Shown piece by piece: positions 10,034 through 20,292 of a stretch of DNA of 64,000 nucleotides. The translations under genes and the position numbers were made by a program. A model generated the notes under the pieces. The model did not search any database. It worked only from the letters and a program-made list of their open reading frames with translations, and had not been told where the DNA came from. Location: positions 2,178-66,177 of the forward strand of contig CAMOQR010000001.1 in NCBI GenBank assembly GCA_946623125.1, read 5' to 3'. The stretch comes from an uncultured Bacillales bacterium (GTDB lineage: Bacteria; Bacillota_I; Bacilli_A; RF39; UBA660). Position 1 is the first letter of the stretch. Each line of letters opens with the position of its first letter.

Positions 10034-10621
10034 ATGAACTACCCAAATGGTATTATAAAGCAAACAAGTCACAATAAAATTACATATGATAGCAACCTAA
10101 GTCATAAAAATAGAGGGATGACACTCGAATATGAACTAAATCAATCAAATGAGTATTATAGAGAAATAGACAAAGCATATATATATAAAAAACCTACACC
10201 CATTAAAATTGTAAAAGTTGATTATCCATCTAGAGATAAAGCAGTAATTAAAGAAGCATATTTTACAGTACCCTCAACAACAGATTATAATGGATTATAT
10301 AATGGAAAATATATTGATTTTGAAGCAAAAGAAACACAAAGTAAAACATCATTTACTCTGGCAAATATTCATCCACACCAAATTGAACACTTAAAAAACA
10401 TAGATAAACACTCAGGTATTGCTTTTATAATAGTAAGATTCACATCATTAAATGAAACCTATTTGTTAACCATACAAAAATTACTGAATCATTTATCAAA
10501 TAATGATAAAAAATCTATATCGATAGATTTCTTTAGAAAAGAAGGTTATCTATTAAAAGATGGATATAGACCAAGAATAGATTATCTAAAAATAGTAGAC
10601 TTATTAGTTGGAGGTTTATAA
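10034..10621 (+). CDS. recU: Holliday-junction resolvase RecU
   Basis: RecU family (about 195 aa). It overlaps and is co-oriented with ponA, matching the B. subtilis recU-ponA operon. Confidence 0.85.
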   Translation: MNYPNGIIKQTSHNKITYDSNLSHKNRGMTLEYELNQSNEYYREIDKAYIYKKPTPIKIVKVDYPSRDKAVIKEAYFTVPSTTDYNGLYNGKYIDFEAKETQSKTSFTLANIHPHQIEHLKNIDKHSGIAFIIVRFTSLNETYLLTIQKLLNHLSNNDKKSISIDFFRKEGYLLKDGYRPRIDYLKIVDLLVGGL

Positions 10622-13349
10622 AATGCGTAAAAAAGAAGTAAAAGGAAAGAAAAATAAAAAAGAGAGAATTTTCAATAAAAAAGCAAATTACACATTGATG
10701 ATAATTATATTATTAATAATAATTGCAATATTGTTCTTAAGTTATATGATGCTCGGTCTAGAACTAACAATAGCAGTGGCCCTACTACTCTTTGTAGTAG
10801 GAGGTCTTATCTTTCTACTAGGAAAAATAAAGAATAAAGGTAGAAGGAAAAAAATAATAAGCATATTACTAATACTATTTTTAATATGTGGTATTGCAGT
10901 ACTTAGTGCATTTTGTGCATTTATGGTTTATGTAAAAAATGAAGCAGAGCCAAAATATGAAAATGCAAAATTAAACACTATAGAGATTTCTAGATTATAT
11001 GATAAAGATGGAAATGAATTTGCAAAAATAGGATCAGAAAATCGTGAAAAAGTAAAGTACGATCAATTACCAGAAGTTTTAGTAGACGCTATCATAGCAA
11101 CAGAAGATGCAAGATTTTTTCAACACAATGGATTCGATGCACCAAGATTTTTAAAAGCAACAATAGGACAAATTACAAAAGGTGCAGGAGCCGGTGGTGC
11201 ATCTACTCTAACAATGCAAGTAGTAAAAAATAGTTTTACAGATAAATTTGGAGAAAAAACATCAGGTATCGATGGTATTATTCGTAAATTTGAAGATATC
11301 TATTTAGCAGTATTTAAACTTGAAAAAGATTATACAAAACAAGAAATAATAGAGTACTATGTTAATAACCACTTCTTAGGTGGAAACGTTTATGGAGTAC
11401 AAGAAGCATCAGTTGCATATTTTGGAAAAAGTGTTACTGATTTAAATCTTAGTGAAGCAGCAATTCTTGCAGGAATGTTTAAATCACCTAACGCGTATAA
11501 ACCAACAACAAATCCAGAAAATGCTGCAGCAAGAAGAAAAACAGTATTAAGACTAATGAGAAAACATGGATATATTACAAAAGAAGAAGAAGAAATCGCA
11601 AACAATGTACCAGTACAATCATTAGCAACAACCTCAGCTTCAAGTTCTGAAAACAAATATCAAGGTTATATTGATACTGTAGTTGATGAATTAAAAGAAA
11701 GATATGGAGTAAACCCTTATACAACACCACTTCTTGTATATACAAACTTAGATCGTGCAAGACAAGACGCTGTAATTGCCGTATTAAATGGAGAAAACTA
11801 TGATTGGAAAGATGATTTAGTTCAATCAGGAATTGCAGTACTTGAATCACAAACAGGTAAAATATTAGCAATAGGAAATGGTAGAAATAGAAATAATAGT
11901 GTTGCAGATCAATTTAACTTTGCAACAGAAATAAGAAGACAACCAGGATCAACCGCAAAACCAGTATTTGATTATGGTCCAGGAATTGAATATAACAACT
12001 GGTCAACATACCAAATGTTTGATGATGCACCATATAGTTATTCAAACGGAAGATCAATAAAAAACTGGGATGGAGCATTCATGGGTAATATTACATTAAG
12101 AACTGCCCTATCACATTCACGTAACATTCCAGCACTAAAAGCATTCCAACAAGTAGATGATGCGAAAAAACGTGAATTTGTAACAGGTTTAGGAATTGAA
12201 CCAGAAATCTGTGGAAAAGGATATGCATATGATTACGATTCTGGAAAATGTGTAAATGAAGAAGATAGTAATGATATTCAAGAACCATCAGCAATGCATG
12301 AAGCACACTCTATCGGAGCATTTACAGGAGTATCTCCATTAATCATGGCTGGAGCATACTCAGCATTCTCAAATGGTGGTTTTTATAATGAACCATATTC
12401 TGTAACAAAAATAGTTTATAGACAAACAAAAGAAGAAGTAGAAGTACAAACAATAAAAAGACAAGTTATGTCTGAGGCAACAGCATACATGATATCAAGT
12501 GTATTACAAGACGTAAGTCTTTCTGGTGGAACACCACATAACGTAGCATGTAAAACTGGAACAACAAACTATGATGACATCACAATGGAAAATTATGACA
12601 TGCCTTGGGATGCAGTAAGAGATTCATGGGTTGTTGGTTATTCAACAAAAACAACTATAGGTATGTGGTATGGATACGACAGTTTAACAAAAGAACAAAT
12701 TCAACAAGGATATATTTTACATAATATTCCAGCAACAATTGCAAAAGATTATTTATTTAACGCATTAGTTTCTGCAGGTGCAATGGAATGGGACAGAGAA
12801 GAATTCAAGCAACCAGATAGTGTTGTAAAAGTTGGAGTTGCTCCAAATAGTAACCCTGCAAAATTGGCCCCTCCTGGAACAGACGCAATTTATGAATACT
12901 TTAAAAAAGGCTTTGAACCTACAGAATACGATACATCAAATTATAAACTTGGTGCACCAGGAAACTTCAAAGTATCAGAGAAAAATGGAAAAGTTACCTT
13001 ATCATGGTCATCAGTTGATCCTGGTATACTAGCAAACTCTTCACATGGAAAATTTGGTTATAACATCTACAAAGATAATGTCTTAATAGACTGGACAGAT
13101 AAAACATCATATACTTACACACCAACAGGATCTGTATATGGAACATATAAAGTAATCGCAACATATAAAGCATACACAGATGTACAAAGTGAGGCTGCAA
13201 CAACAAAATTAACGGAACCAGAACCTGAAGAAGAACCAGAAGAAACAAACACATGTCCAGATGAAGCCCCATTAAACAAAACAACCAATAAATGTGAATG
13301 TACAGATAAAACAAAAACATATGATGCAACAACAAAAAAATGTAAATAA
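10608..13349 (+). CDS. ponA: Penicillin-binding protein 1A (class A PBP, transglycosylase plus transpeptidase) with a C-terminal FN3-like domain and a Cys-rich tail
   Basis: GT51 motifs (EDARFFQHNGFD), transpeptidase STAKP, and an N-terminal TM. The likely start is the ATG at 10623 (MRKKEV), with GGAGG 8 nt upstream. The tail ends in a four-Cys motif. Confidence 0.9.
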   Translation: MEVYKMRKKEVKGKKNKKERIFNKKANYTLMIIILLIIIAILFLSYMMLGLELTIAVALLLFVVGGLIFLLGKIKNKGRRKKIISILLILFLICGIAVLSAFCAFMVYVKNEAEPKYENAKLNTIEISRLYDKDGNEFAKIGSENREKVKYDQLPEVLVDAIIATEDARFFQHNGFDAPRFLKATIGQITKGAGAGGASTLTMQVVKNSFTDKFGEKTSGIDGIIRKFEDIYLAVFKLEKDYTKQEIIEYYVNNHFLGGNVYGVQEASVAYFGKSVTDLNLSEAAILAGMFKSPNAYKPTTNPENAAARRKTVLRLMRKHGYITKEEEEIANNVPVQSLATTSASSSENKYQGYIDTVVDELKERYGVNPYTTPLLVYTNLDRARQDAVIAVLNGENYDWKDDLVQSGIAVLESQTGKILAIGNGRNRNNSVADQFNFATEIRRQPGSTAKPVFDYGPGIEYNNWSTYQMFDDAPYSYSNGRSIKNWDGAFMGNITLRTALSHSRNIPALKAFQQVDDAKKREFVTGLGIEPEICGKGYAYDYDSGKCVNEEDSNDIQEPSAMHEAHSIGAFTGVSPLIMAGAYSAFSNGGFYNEPYSVTKIVYRQTKEEVEVQTIKRQVMSEATAYMISSVLQDVSLSGGTPHNVACKTGTTNYDDITMENYDMPWDAVRDSWVVGYSTKTTIGMWYGYDSLTKEQIQQGYILHNIPATIAKDYLFNALVSAGAMEWDREEFKQPDSVVKVGVAPNSNPAKLAPPGTDAIYEYFKKGFEPTEYDTSNYKLGAPGNFKVSEKNGKVTLSWSSVDPGILANSSHGKFGYNIYKDNVLIDWTDKTSYTYTPTGSVYGTYKVIATYKAYTDVQSEAATTKLTEPEPEEEPEETNTCPDEAPLNKTTNKCECTDKTKTYDATTKKCK

Positions 13350-13352
13350 AAA

Positions 13353-13390
13353 ATATTCCATCAAATCGATGGAATATTTTTATTTTTTTC
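13353..13390. terminator. Bidirectional terminator between ponA and nth
   Basis: Hairpin ATATTCCATC-AAATC-GATGGAATAT with T-runs on both sides. Confidence 0.5.
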
Positions 13391-14005
13391 ATGACATAAA
13401 GAAATAAGCAAACAATCAGCACACTGTGGCTTTACAGCCTTACAATAGTATCTTCCAAACAAAACCAGTTGCAAGTGTCGTCTTCCCCACTCCTCTTTAG
13501 GAAACGTTTTCATCAGTTTTTCTTCTACAAGTAAAACATCATCAGATACTTTCGCAATCCCCAAACGCTTTGAAACTCTATCAACATGAGTATCAACTGC
13601 AATAGCAGCCTCTTTATAAAACTCACTCAAAAAAACATTACAAGTTTTACGACCAACACCAGGCAATGAAATTAAAAGATCTCTATCCCTAGGAACACTA
13701 TCATGAAACTTTTCATTTAAAATAGTAGCAATACTTTTTACATATTTAGCTTTAATATGAAAAGAACCAATAGGTCTAAGAATATTTTCAAGTTCATCAA
13801 TAGATGCATTTTTCAAATCATATAAAGAGGGATATCGATGAAACAAAACAGGAGTAACAGTATTTACTCTTTTATCCGTTGTCTGAGCACTTAAAACAAT
13901 TGCAATTAACAGTTCATAGTCATTATGATAAATAAGTTCACATTTAGGATTTGGAAATAAACTATCTAAATAATTACCAATCTCATTCGTCCTCTTCATT
14001 ATCAA
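13361..14005 (-). CDS. nth: Endonuclease III
   Basis: HhH-GPD motif (LPGVGRKTCNV) and an FeS cluster loop (CxxxxxxCxxCxxxxxC). Confidence 0.9.
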   Translation of the reverse strand: MIMKRTNEIGNYLDSLFPNPKCELIYHNDYELLIAIVLSAQTTDKRVNTVTPVLFHRYPSLYDLKNASIDELENILRPIGSFHIKAKYVKSIATILNEKFHDSVPRDRDLLISLPGVGRKTCNVFLSEFYKEAAIAVDTHVDRVSKRLGIAKVSDDVLLVEEKLMKTFPKEEWGRRHLQLVLFGRYYCKAVKPQCADCLLISLCHEKNKNIPSI

Positions 14006-14708
14006 ACCAATCCCAATCCATAATACCTAAATCAATATCCTCGTCTAATGACTTTAAATCCTCATTATCACTTGATGAAGAATTAGACTTATTTAAATCT
14101 TCAACAGTAGTAATTCCCTTCTTTGCCCACTCATATAATATTCGATCAATATATTTTAAAGTAGAAACCCCATTAGAAACAGCCTCATCAACAGCCTTTT
14201 TAATAAGATCCTCATTATAATTATTATCTAACCAACTATGAACAATTTCATAATCAATAGAACCACTCAAAGTTCTTCCAAATTTATGTTCCATATAATC
14301 ATAAATGCTAGATGCATCTTTATCTTCCGTAGTATCTTCTATATCTCCTATAATCAACATCTTCCATTTATTATAAAAAGAATCTAACGAAAAAACTTCC
14401 TCCATAAAACCTTTATCATTAGGACTAACATCAATAGTAATTAAACCTTTATCAGTTAACACAGAAATATAGTTCATAATCTCTTCCACAGAAAGATTTA
14501 AATCATTAGAAAATCGATTTACATCAAATAAAGATTTATTTCCTAAATGATGTAAATACATTAAAAAAACAAAAACATCCATGTCAAGTTTAAATTCCTT
14601 AATTTTTTTTAATAAATACAAAGGAATTACCACATTTCCATTTTGAAGAATATCCAAAATTTTTGAACTATCCATTTTATCATCTCCAAATATTCTATAT
14701 ACTATCAC
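13983..14708 (-). CDS. dnaD: Replication initiation/membrane attachment protein DnaD
   Basis: N-terminal winged-helix region and C-terminal DnaD/DDBH2 domain (YEIVHSWLDN...ILYEWAKKGITTVEDL); dnaD-nth synteny. Confidence 0.75.
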   Translation of the reverse strand: MIVYRIFGDDKMDSSKILDILQNGNVVIPLYLLKKIKEFKLDMDVFVFLMYLHHLGNKSLFDVNRFSNDLNLSVEEIMNYISVLTDKGLITIDVSPNDKGFMEEVFSLDSFYNKWKMLIIGDIEDTTEDKDASSIYDYMEHKFGRTLSGSIDYEIVHSWLDNNYNEDLIKKAVDEAVSNGVSTLKYIDRILYEWAKKGITTVEDLNKSNSSSSDNEDLKSLDEDIDLGIMDWDWFDNEEDE

Positions 14709-14738
14709 AAAATAATAAAAATAGCAAAAAAAGAGGAT

Positions 14739-16085
14739 TTAACGAAACATATCCATAAAATCATCCTCTTTTTTCTTATTATCATTTTCATCCTTACCAT
14801 CATCAGAAGAAGCAGGAGTATCATCCAACTTTTCAAGCTTCGGAAGTGTATCATTTGATGGAGTAGAATCTGTATCAGAAGAACTAGAAAAAGTAAAGCC
14901 TTCAGATGCTTGAGTATTAGCCTCTTCATCTAATTTAGCCAAAAACTTCTCACTAGTTTCAACAGTATCTTTTTTAGCCACATCATCAAATACTTCATTT
15001 ACAACAGGTGTAAATTCAAATGTACTAGATCCATTTTTTTCAACATTAAATCCATTTTTTAAATCAGATTCATTATAGTTTAAATCTAATATTTTCTGTG
15101 CTTTACGATTTCCTTTTATACGTACCTTTTTCCAACTATAAACAGGATTTGTCCCATCATTCTTAATGAATGGATCAAAATGCATAAAATCATATTTACC
15201 AGTAAAGAATTTAAAAACATTTATAAGGAATGAAACAATAGTAAAAACAATAGTAATATTCAAAAATAACCATTCTGAATTAAAATATACTGAATATACA
15301 GAATAAAGTAAAAAATTAAAATAGAAAAAAGCAAGAATTCGACCAAATGATAGATTAACAGATTGTGCAAAATTCAAAATTGGAAAATAACAAATAGACG
15401 ATTTCTTTCCAAACATACTTTTATTCAAAGAATTTAACAAAGCAGAATATAAAACAAATAAAACAATAACTACAAAGACAATTGCTAAAAAAGTATAAAT
15501 ACCCACATTTAATATAAAGGAAAAAATATTAAGTATTTCATTTTCATGCCAATCAGGAGAAACCATTCCCTGAGATATCTCTTCAATAGTAAGACCACCA
15601 TATTTATTACTATTACCTACATAACAATTATCATTACCATCCAAAATAGCAATATAATAAACATCATTTTTAGTATAATTCTCAATGAAATACTCTTCAT
15701 CAATAATAATATCTAGAACAGAAGCCGCACCACTAGAAAAAGTCAATTGTGCTTGATCTCCTACTAAATCTTTTGTCGTACAATAAGCAACAAATCCAAT
15801 ATTCTTTTTATTTTGATCAAACAATAAAACATCTACAGCCAAAGGCTTTTCATCAACCGATTTATTACGAACAAGTTCAAACCTCAACAGTGCATAAGTT
15901 TGCCTAGAAACATTTTTTTCGTAATGAAACTTTATATACTCATAAGCCTTCGTATCAACAGAGGCTACTTCATCTATAGGTATTAATTCCATTTCTTTAT
16001 AATTAAACAAATACTCATCCTCTGCATGAACATTTATAAAACCAAAAAATGATAAGAAAAAGAAGAAAACAAAATACTTTTTCAC
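14739..16085 (-). CDS. Hypothetical membrane protein: signal peptide, extracytoplasmic domain, 3-4 TM, acidic S/T-rich cytoplasmic tail
   Basis: Signal peptide MKKYFVFFFFLSFFGFINVHA, hydrophobic segments, and C-terminal ...SSSSDTDSTPSND...DDGKDENDNKKKEDD. Confidence 0.5.
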   Translation of the reverse strand: MKKYFVFFFFLSFFGFINVHAEDEYLFNYKEMELIPIDEVASVDTKAYEYIKFHYEKNVSRQTYALLRFELVRNKSVDEKPLAVDVLLFDQNKKNIGFVAYCTTKDLVGDQAQLTFSSGAASVLDIIIDEEYFIENYTKNDVYYIAILDGNDNCYVGNSNKYGGLTIEEISQGMVSPDWHENEILNIFSFILNVGIYTFLAIVFVVIVLFVLYSALLNSLNKSMFGKKSSICYFPILNFAQSVNLSFGRILAFFYFNFLLYSVYSVYFNSEWLFLNITIVFTIVSFLINVFKFFTGKYDFMHFDPFIKNDGTNPVYSWKKVRIKGNRKAQKILDLNYNESDLKNGFNVEKNGSSTFEFTPVVNEVFDDVAKKDTVETSEKFLAKLDEEANTQASEGFTFSSSSDTDSTPSNDTLPKLEKLDDTPASSDDGKDENDNKKKEDDFMDMFR

Positions 16086-16096
16086 ATAATCACCCC

Positions 16097-17194
16097 TTAT
16101 TTATATTTTTCAATAATATAATTTTGAATCTTTTCTCGATTATTATCTAATCTCTTATAAAGAATTTCTCTCTCTATATCGTCATAAATATCTTTTAAAT
16201 ATTTCCCAGGTTTTCGATTCAAAATAGTCATAATACTATCAGAATCAATTTGAATATCATTACGACTCTTAATAGCCAAATTAGCATAAGACTCATTAAT
16301 ACTCTTTAAATCAATTCCCTTCATTCTACCTGCACAAGAGTTCACATAAAGCCCATATTTATATAAACACATAGGATCCAAATTATTATGGCATTTAGCC
16401 TCATTAATATCTTCCATAATTTCTAATTCATTTTTTTGAAATGGATATTTTGAAGAAACATCCAATAAACTCCATACAGCAATTGCACTATCAACACCAC
16501 AATCAATAACTTTCTCTAAATGCTGAAGTTCTAATTCTTGATCAAGTCCTAAATCTAATAATAAACGAATACCATAATCACGATTAGGACAATTAAATAT
16601 TTTATCTAGTTCCTCCTTTTTTCTTTGATAAGAAAGCCTCTCAATCAAATATTTTTGATTACGAATAGCAGCAATTACATCATCTGCTAATTGAAAATTC
16701 AAAATTGTAGCAAACCGAACTGCTCGAAGAATACGTAAACAATCCTCAGAAAACTTTTGATTAGCATCCCCTACTGTACGTATAATTTTATTTTTTATAT
16801 CTTCCTGTCCACCCAAATAGTCAATAATATGACCGTCTTCATCCATACATAAAGTATTAATAATAAAATCTCTTCTTAATAAATCCGGATATAAGTCATC
16901 AATATATTGAACTTCAACAGGTTGTCTATTATTCTCATAACCAATTTCTAAACGGAAAGTTGTTATTTCAAACCGTATTCCTTTCATCATAACAATAACA
17001 GAACCATAATCTTCATGTGGTAAACAACTATCCTCAAATAATTCTTTAATTTCTTTAGGAGTCGCATTCGTTGTAATATCAATATCATTTGATTCAATTC
17101 CTAAAATATGATCACGAACAAATCCCCCGACAATATATGCCTTATAAGAGTGATTATTAAACTCCTTTAAAAGTTTTAATGCTACATCTAGCAT
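16097..17194 (-). CDS. cca: CCA-adding tRNA nucleotidyltransferase
   Basis: Pol-beta-type NTase motif (GGFVRD...DID) with an HD-like C-terminal region. Confidence 0.85.
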   Translation of the reverse strand: MLDVALKLLKEFNNHSYKAYIVGGFVRDHILGIESNDIDITTNATPKEIKELFEDSCLPHEDYGSVIVMMKGIRFEITTFRLEIGYENNRQPVEVQYIDDLYPDLLRRDFIINTLCMDEDGHIIDYLGGQEDIKNKIIRTVGDANQKFSEDCLRILRAVRFATILNFQLADDVIAAIRNQKYLIERLSYQRKKEELDKIFNCPNRDYGIRLLLDLGLDQELELQHLEKVIDCGVDSAIAVWSLLDVSSKYPFQKNELEIMEDINEAKCHNNLDPMCLYKYGLYVNSCAGRMKGIDLKSINESYANLAIKSRNDIQIDSDSIMTILNRKPGKYLKDIYDDIEREILYKRLDNNREKIQNYIIEKYK

Positions 17195-17230
17195 TGAATC
17201 ACCACCTAATCACATTATACCATAAAACCA

Positions 17231-17260
17231 AAAAAAAGAACCCAAACTTAGGTTCTTTTG
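17231..17260 (-). terminator. Terminator after hup
   Basis: On the minus strand, AAGAACC-TAAGTTTG-GGTTCTT followed by T8. Confidence 0.55.
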
Positions 17261-17274
17261 TGAAACTACAAATT

Positions 17275-17547
17275 TTAGTTTACAGCATCTTTTAAAGCAG
17301 AACCTGCTTTGAAAGTAACAGCCTTTCTAGCAGCAATTTTAACAGTTTCACCAGTTCTAGGATTACGTCCTTCACGAGCAGCTCTCTTAGATACTGCGAA
17401 AGTACCAAATCCAACTAGAGGAACTTTATCTCCTTTTACTAATGCTCCAGTAATAGCAGCAAAAGTAGCATCAATTGCTCTTGTAGAATCAGCCTTTGTT
17501 AATCCAGTAGCAGTTGCTACAGCCTCTACTAATTCAACTTTCTTCAT
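17275..17547 (-). CDS. hup: DNA-binding protein HU
   Basis: Canonical HU sequence (GFGTF...RNPRTGE). GC-rich codons are typical of a highly expressed gene. Confidence 0.95.
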   Translation of the reverse strand: MKKVELVEAVATATGLTKADSTRAIDATFAAITGALVKGDKVPLVGFGTFAVSKRAAREGRNPRTGETVKIAARKAVTFKAGSALKDAVN

Positions 17548-17630
17548 AATTATTTACCTCCCTATAATTTACTAAGCACATGTTATGCTTACATATTAAA
17601 ATTATCACGAATTATAACAAAAAGCAAGAA

Positions 17631-17975
17631 TTATAACTTAAATTTACTAAGTTTTTCATTAATATTTCCCAACAATTGTATAATATGACCAATCGCATAA
17701 TGGAAGACAGACAATAACAAGCCAATAAACCAAATCAAAATCATAAGAGAAAAATTAAATTCAGTTACAAGACACTCATCAGAATAAAAATAAGAAGTTG
17801 CCTGACAAGTTGCAAATAAATTACCTAAAAAGATACCTAAAAAGAAAAAAAGAATAAATAAACCAATACCAAAAATCTGATAAAAGTTAAAAGATTTTGT
17901 AAAAAAATCTTCTTTAATTGTCTTCCCTTTAGGAAAATCTTCTTTTGCTTTTGTAATCTCATCAAATAAATCCAT
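17631..17975 (-). CDS. Small hypothetical membrane protein (2 TM)
   Basis: Hydrophobic helices; operonic with the upstream membrane protein across a 2-nt gap. Confidence 0.4.
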   Translation of the reverse strand: MDLFDEITKAKEDFPKGKTIKEDFFTKSFNFYQIFGIGLFILFFFLGIFLGNLFATCQATSYFYSDECLVTEFNFSLMILIWFIGLLLSVFHYAIGHIIQLLGNINEKLSKFKL

Positions 17976-17977
17976 AA

Positions 17978-18871
17978 TTAATCATTTCCTTTCTTTTTTT
18001 CTCTCTTTTTTTCTTTCTTTTCTATAGAGTCATCCTCATCTTTCTTCAAATGCTCATCAACCTTATCCTTAACCTTTTCACCTATCTCATCTGATTTATC
18101 CTTTACTTTATCAGTAATTTCTTCCGCCTTTTCCTTTACTTTTTTAGATATATCAACAACCTTTTCATCAAGATCAGTCTTATCTAAAACAGAATGAATA
18201 TCATTAGAAATATCTTGATATATCTCATCAAAATTACCAGAATTATCAGAATCTAATTTATGATAATCTAAATATTCATGATATAAATAAATATATCTAG
18301 CAAATAATAAAACATAAAAAGCATCTAAAATAGAAACAAATAATCCACTTACAACAACCGTTGAAATTAAATTAACAACTAAACTAAAAACTACCAATAC
18401 CAACAATGCATAAAAATAATAATCATTGACAATCTCATTAAAAGGAGAGTTTCCTAAATGCATATCTTTCCAAACACGTGTATCACGAAGCATCGTATGA
18501 AACAAATAAACAAATAAAACTAAAGACTCCAAAAAATGAAAAATTGTATTAAGAGAAAAAGATTGAATTAATGTTAAAAAAGTAGTTAATGTAGAAATAA
18601 AATAAATAAATATTAAAAATATATTTAAATAATTAAAATAAACCTTCCCCATCTTCGTTTTTAATAAGCAAAAATAAACAAGTACTAACAAATAAATAGA
18701 ATTATGATTAATAACACTACTAAATAAAGAAAAAGAAGAATTACCAACCACGGCAAATGATTGACTACATAAAATCGTTGCCAAGATGGTTACAATAATC
18801 AAAGTTGTAATCATATTTCCACTTTCATACCATTTAATATCTTTTTTTTCATCTTTCATAAACAACATCAC
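17978..18871 (-). CDS. Polytopic membrane protein with C-terminal 11-residue amphipathic tandem repeats
   Basis: At least five hydrophobic segments. The C-terminus reads KVKEKAEEITD/KVKDKSDEIGE/KVKDKVDEHLK, encoded by about 33-bp tandem DNA repeats at 18055-18186. Confidence 0.5.
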   Translation of the reverse strand: MMLFMKDEKKDIKWYESGNMITTLIIVTILATILCSQSFAVVGNSSFSLFSSVINHNSIYLLVLVYFCLLKTKMGKVYFNYLNIFLIFIYFISTLTTFLTLIQSFSLNTIFHFLESLVLFVYLFHTMLRDTRVWKDMHLGNSPFNEIVNDYYFYALLVLVVFSLVVNLISTVVVSGLFVSILDAFYVLLFARYIYLYHEYLDYHKLDSDNSGNFDEIYQDISNDIHSVLDKTDLDEKVVDISKKVKEKAEEITDKVKDKSDEIGEKVKDKVDEHLKKDEDDSIEKKEKKREKKKGND

Positions 18872-18949
18872 CCTTTCAAATAAATTATATCATTATTTAG
18901 AATAACCATATAGAACAATTCAAAAAAACTTTCCTACTTGACAAGTTTA

Positions 18950-18958
18950 TGCTATAAT
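18950..18958 (+). promoter_or_regulatory. Extended -10 promoter (TGCTATAAT) for der
   Basis: TGnTATAAT about 24 nt upstream of the der RBS GGAGGGG. Confidence 0.35.
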
Positions 18959-18981
18959 ATTGCTGAATTGGAGGGGATACT

Positions 18982-20292
18982 ATGAAATTACCTACCGTTG
19001 CTTTAGTCGGAAGACCTAATGTTGGGAAATCTACCCTATTTAATAAAATAGTTGGAAAAAAGATATCCATTATTGAAGATGTACCAGGAGTAACAAGAGA
19101 TAGAATCTATCAAGAAACATCCTACAATGGAAAAAGTTTCTATTTAATTGATACAGGTGGAATTGATACTACAAAAATGGATTTTAATGAAGAAATAAAA
19201 ATGCAAGCAGAAGTTGCTATTGCAGAATCTGATGTTGTTGTCTTTATTGTTGATGGAAAAGAAGGAATTACAACAAATGATATCATCATAAGAGATATTT
19301 TAAGAAAAACAGATAAAAAAATTATTGTTGCTATCAACAAAATGGATATAAAAGAAGCACAAAATAATATTTATGATTTTTACGAATTAGGATTTGACAC
19401 TTATATACCAATTAGTGGAATTCATAATACTGGTTATATTGAATTAATGGATACGATAACAGAAAATTTTAAATTACAAGAAATACAAGAAGATAATCGA
19501 ATTAAATTTTCAATCATAGGAAGACCTAATGTTGGAAAAAGTTCATTAACAAACGCGCTACTACAAGAAGAAAGAGTTGTTGTTTCAAACATAGCCGGAA
19601 CAACAAGAGACTCTATTGACTCTATTTTAAAATATAATAATGAAGAATTCGTAGTAATTGATACTGCAGGAATGAGAAAAAAAGGAAAAGTATTTGAAAG
19701 TATTGAAAAATATAGTCTAATTCGTTCTTTAAAAGCAATTGATAGATCAGATATTTGTTTAGTAGTAATCAACGCTGAAGAAGGAATTCTAGAACATGAT
19801 AAACATATAGCAGGATACGCAATCGAAAGAGGAAAAGGATTAATATTTGTTGTAAATAAATGGGATACAGTAAAAGATACTTCTATACAAGAATATGAAA
19901 AATTAATGAGAGCAGAATTTCAATTTGCTCCATATGCACCAATTGTATTTTTAAGTGCTTTAACAAAAAAGAGAATTCATACACTAATGCCTGAAATTAT
20001 AAAAGTAAAAGAAAACATTTCAAAAGAAATTAAAACAAGTATAATCAATGAAGCAATACAAGATGCCTATCAATTAAATCTTCCTCCTTCTTACAAAGGA
20101 AAAAGATTAAAAATATATTTCACATCACAAACTGGTATAAAACCACCAAAATTTACATTTCGTGTGAATAATAAAGGACTTGTTCATTTTTCATATGAAA
20201 GATATCTAGAAAATAAAATTAGAGAATCCTTTGGCTTTGAAGGAACACCAATTATATTACAATTTAAAAATAAAAATGGAGAAGAAGAATGA
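18982..20292 (+). CDS. der: Ribosome-biogenesis GTPase Der (EngA), tandem GTPase domains plus KH-like domain
   Basis: Two G-domains (GRPNVGKST twice; DTGG/DTAG; NKxD). Confidence 0.95.
   Translation: MKLPTVALVGRPNVGKSTLFNKIVGKKISIIEDVPGVTRDRIYQETSYNGKSFYLIDTGGIDTTKMDFNEEIKMQAEVAIAESDVVVFIVDGKEGITTNDIIIRDILRKTDKKIIVAINKMDIKEAQNNIYDFYELGFDTYIPISGIHNTGYIELMDTITENFKLQEIQEDNRIKFSIIGRPNVGKSSLTNALLQEERVVVSNIAGTTRDSIDSILKYNNEEFVVIDTAGMRKKGKVFESIEKYSLIRSLKAIDRSDICLVVINAEEGILEHDKHIAGYAIERGKGLIFVVNKWDTVKDTSIQEYEKLMRAEFQFAPYAPIVFLSALTKKRIHTLMPEIIKVKENISKEIKTSIINEAIQDAYQLNLPPSYKGKRLKIYFTSQTGIKPPKFTFRVNNKGLVHFSYERYLENKIRESFGFEGTPIILQFKNKNGEEE

Noticed and set aside
17275-17547. A GC-rich island at hup, considered as possible horizontally acquired DNA.
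   Set aside because: The product is a canonical HU. Elevated GC from preferred codons in a small, highly expressed, conserved gene is normal. Flanking genes are syntenic housekeeping genes and there are no mobility signatures.
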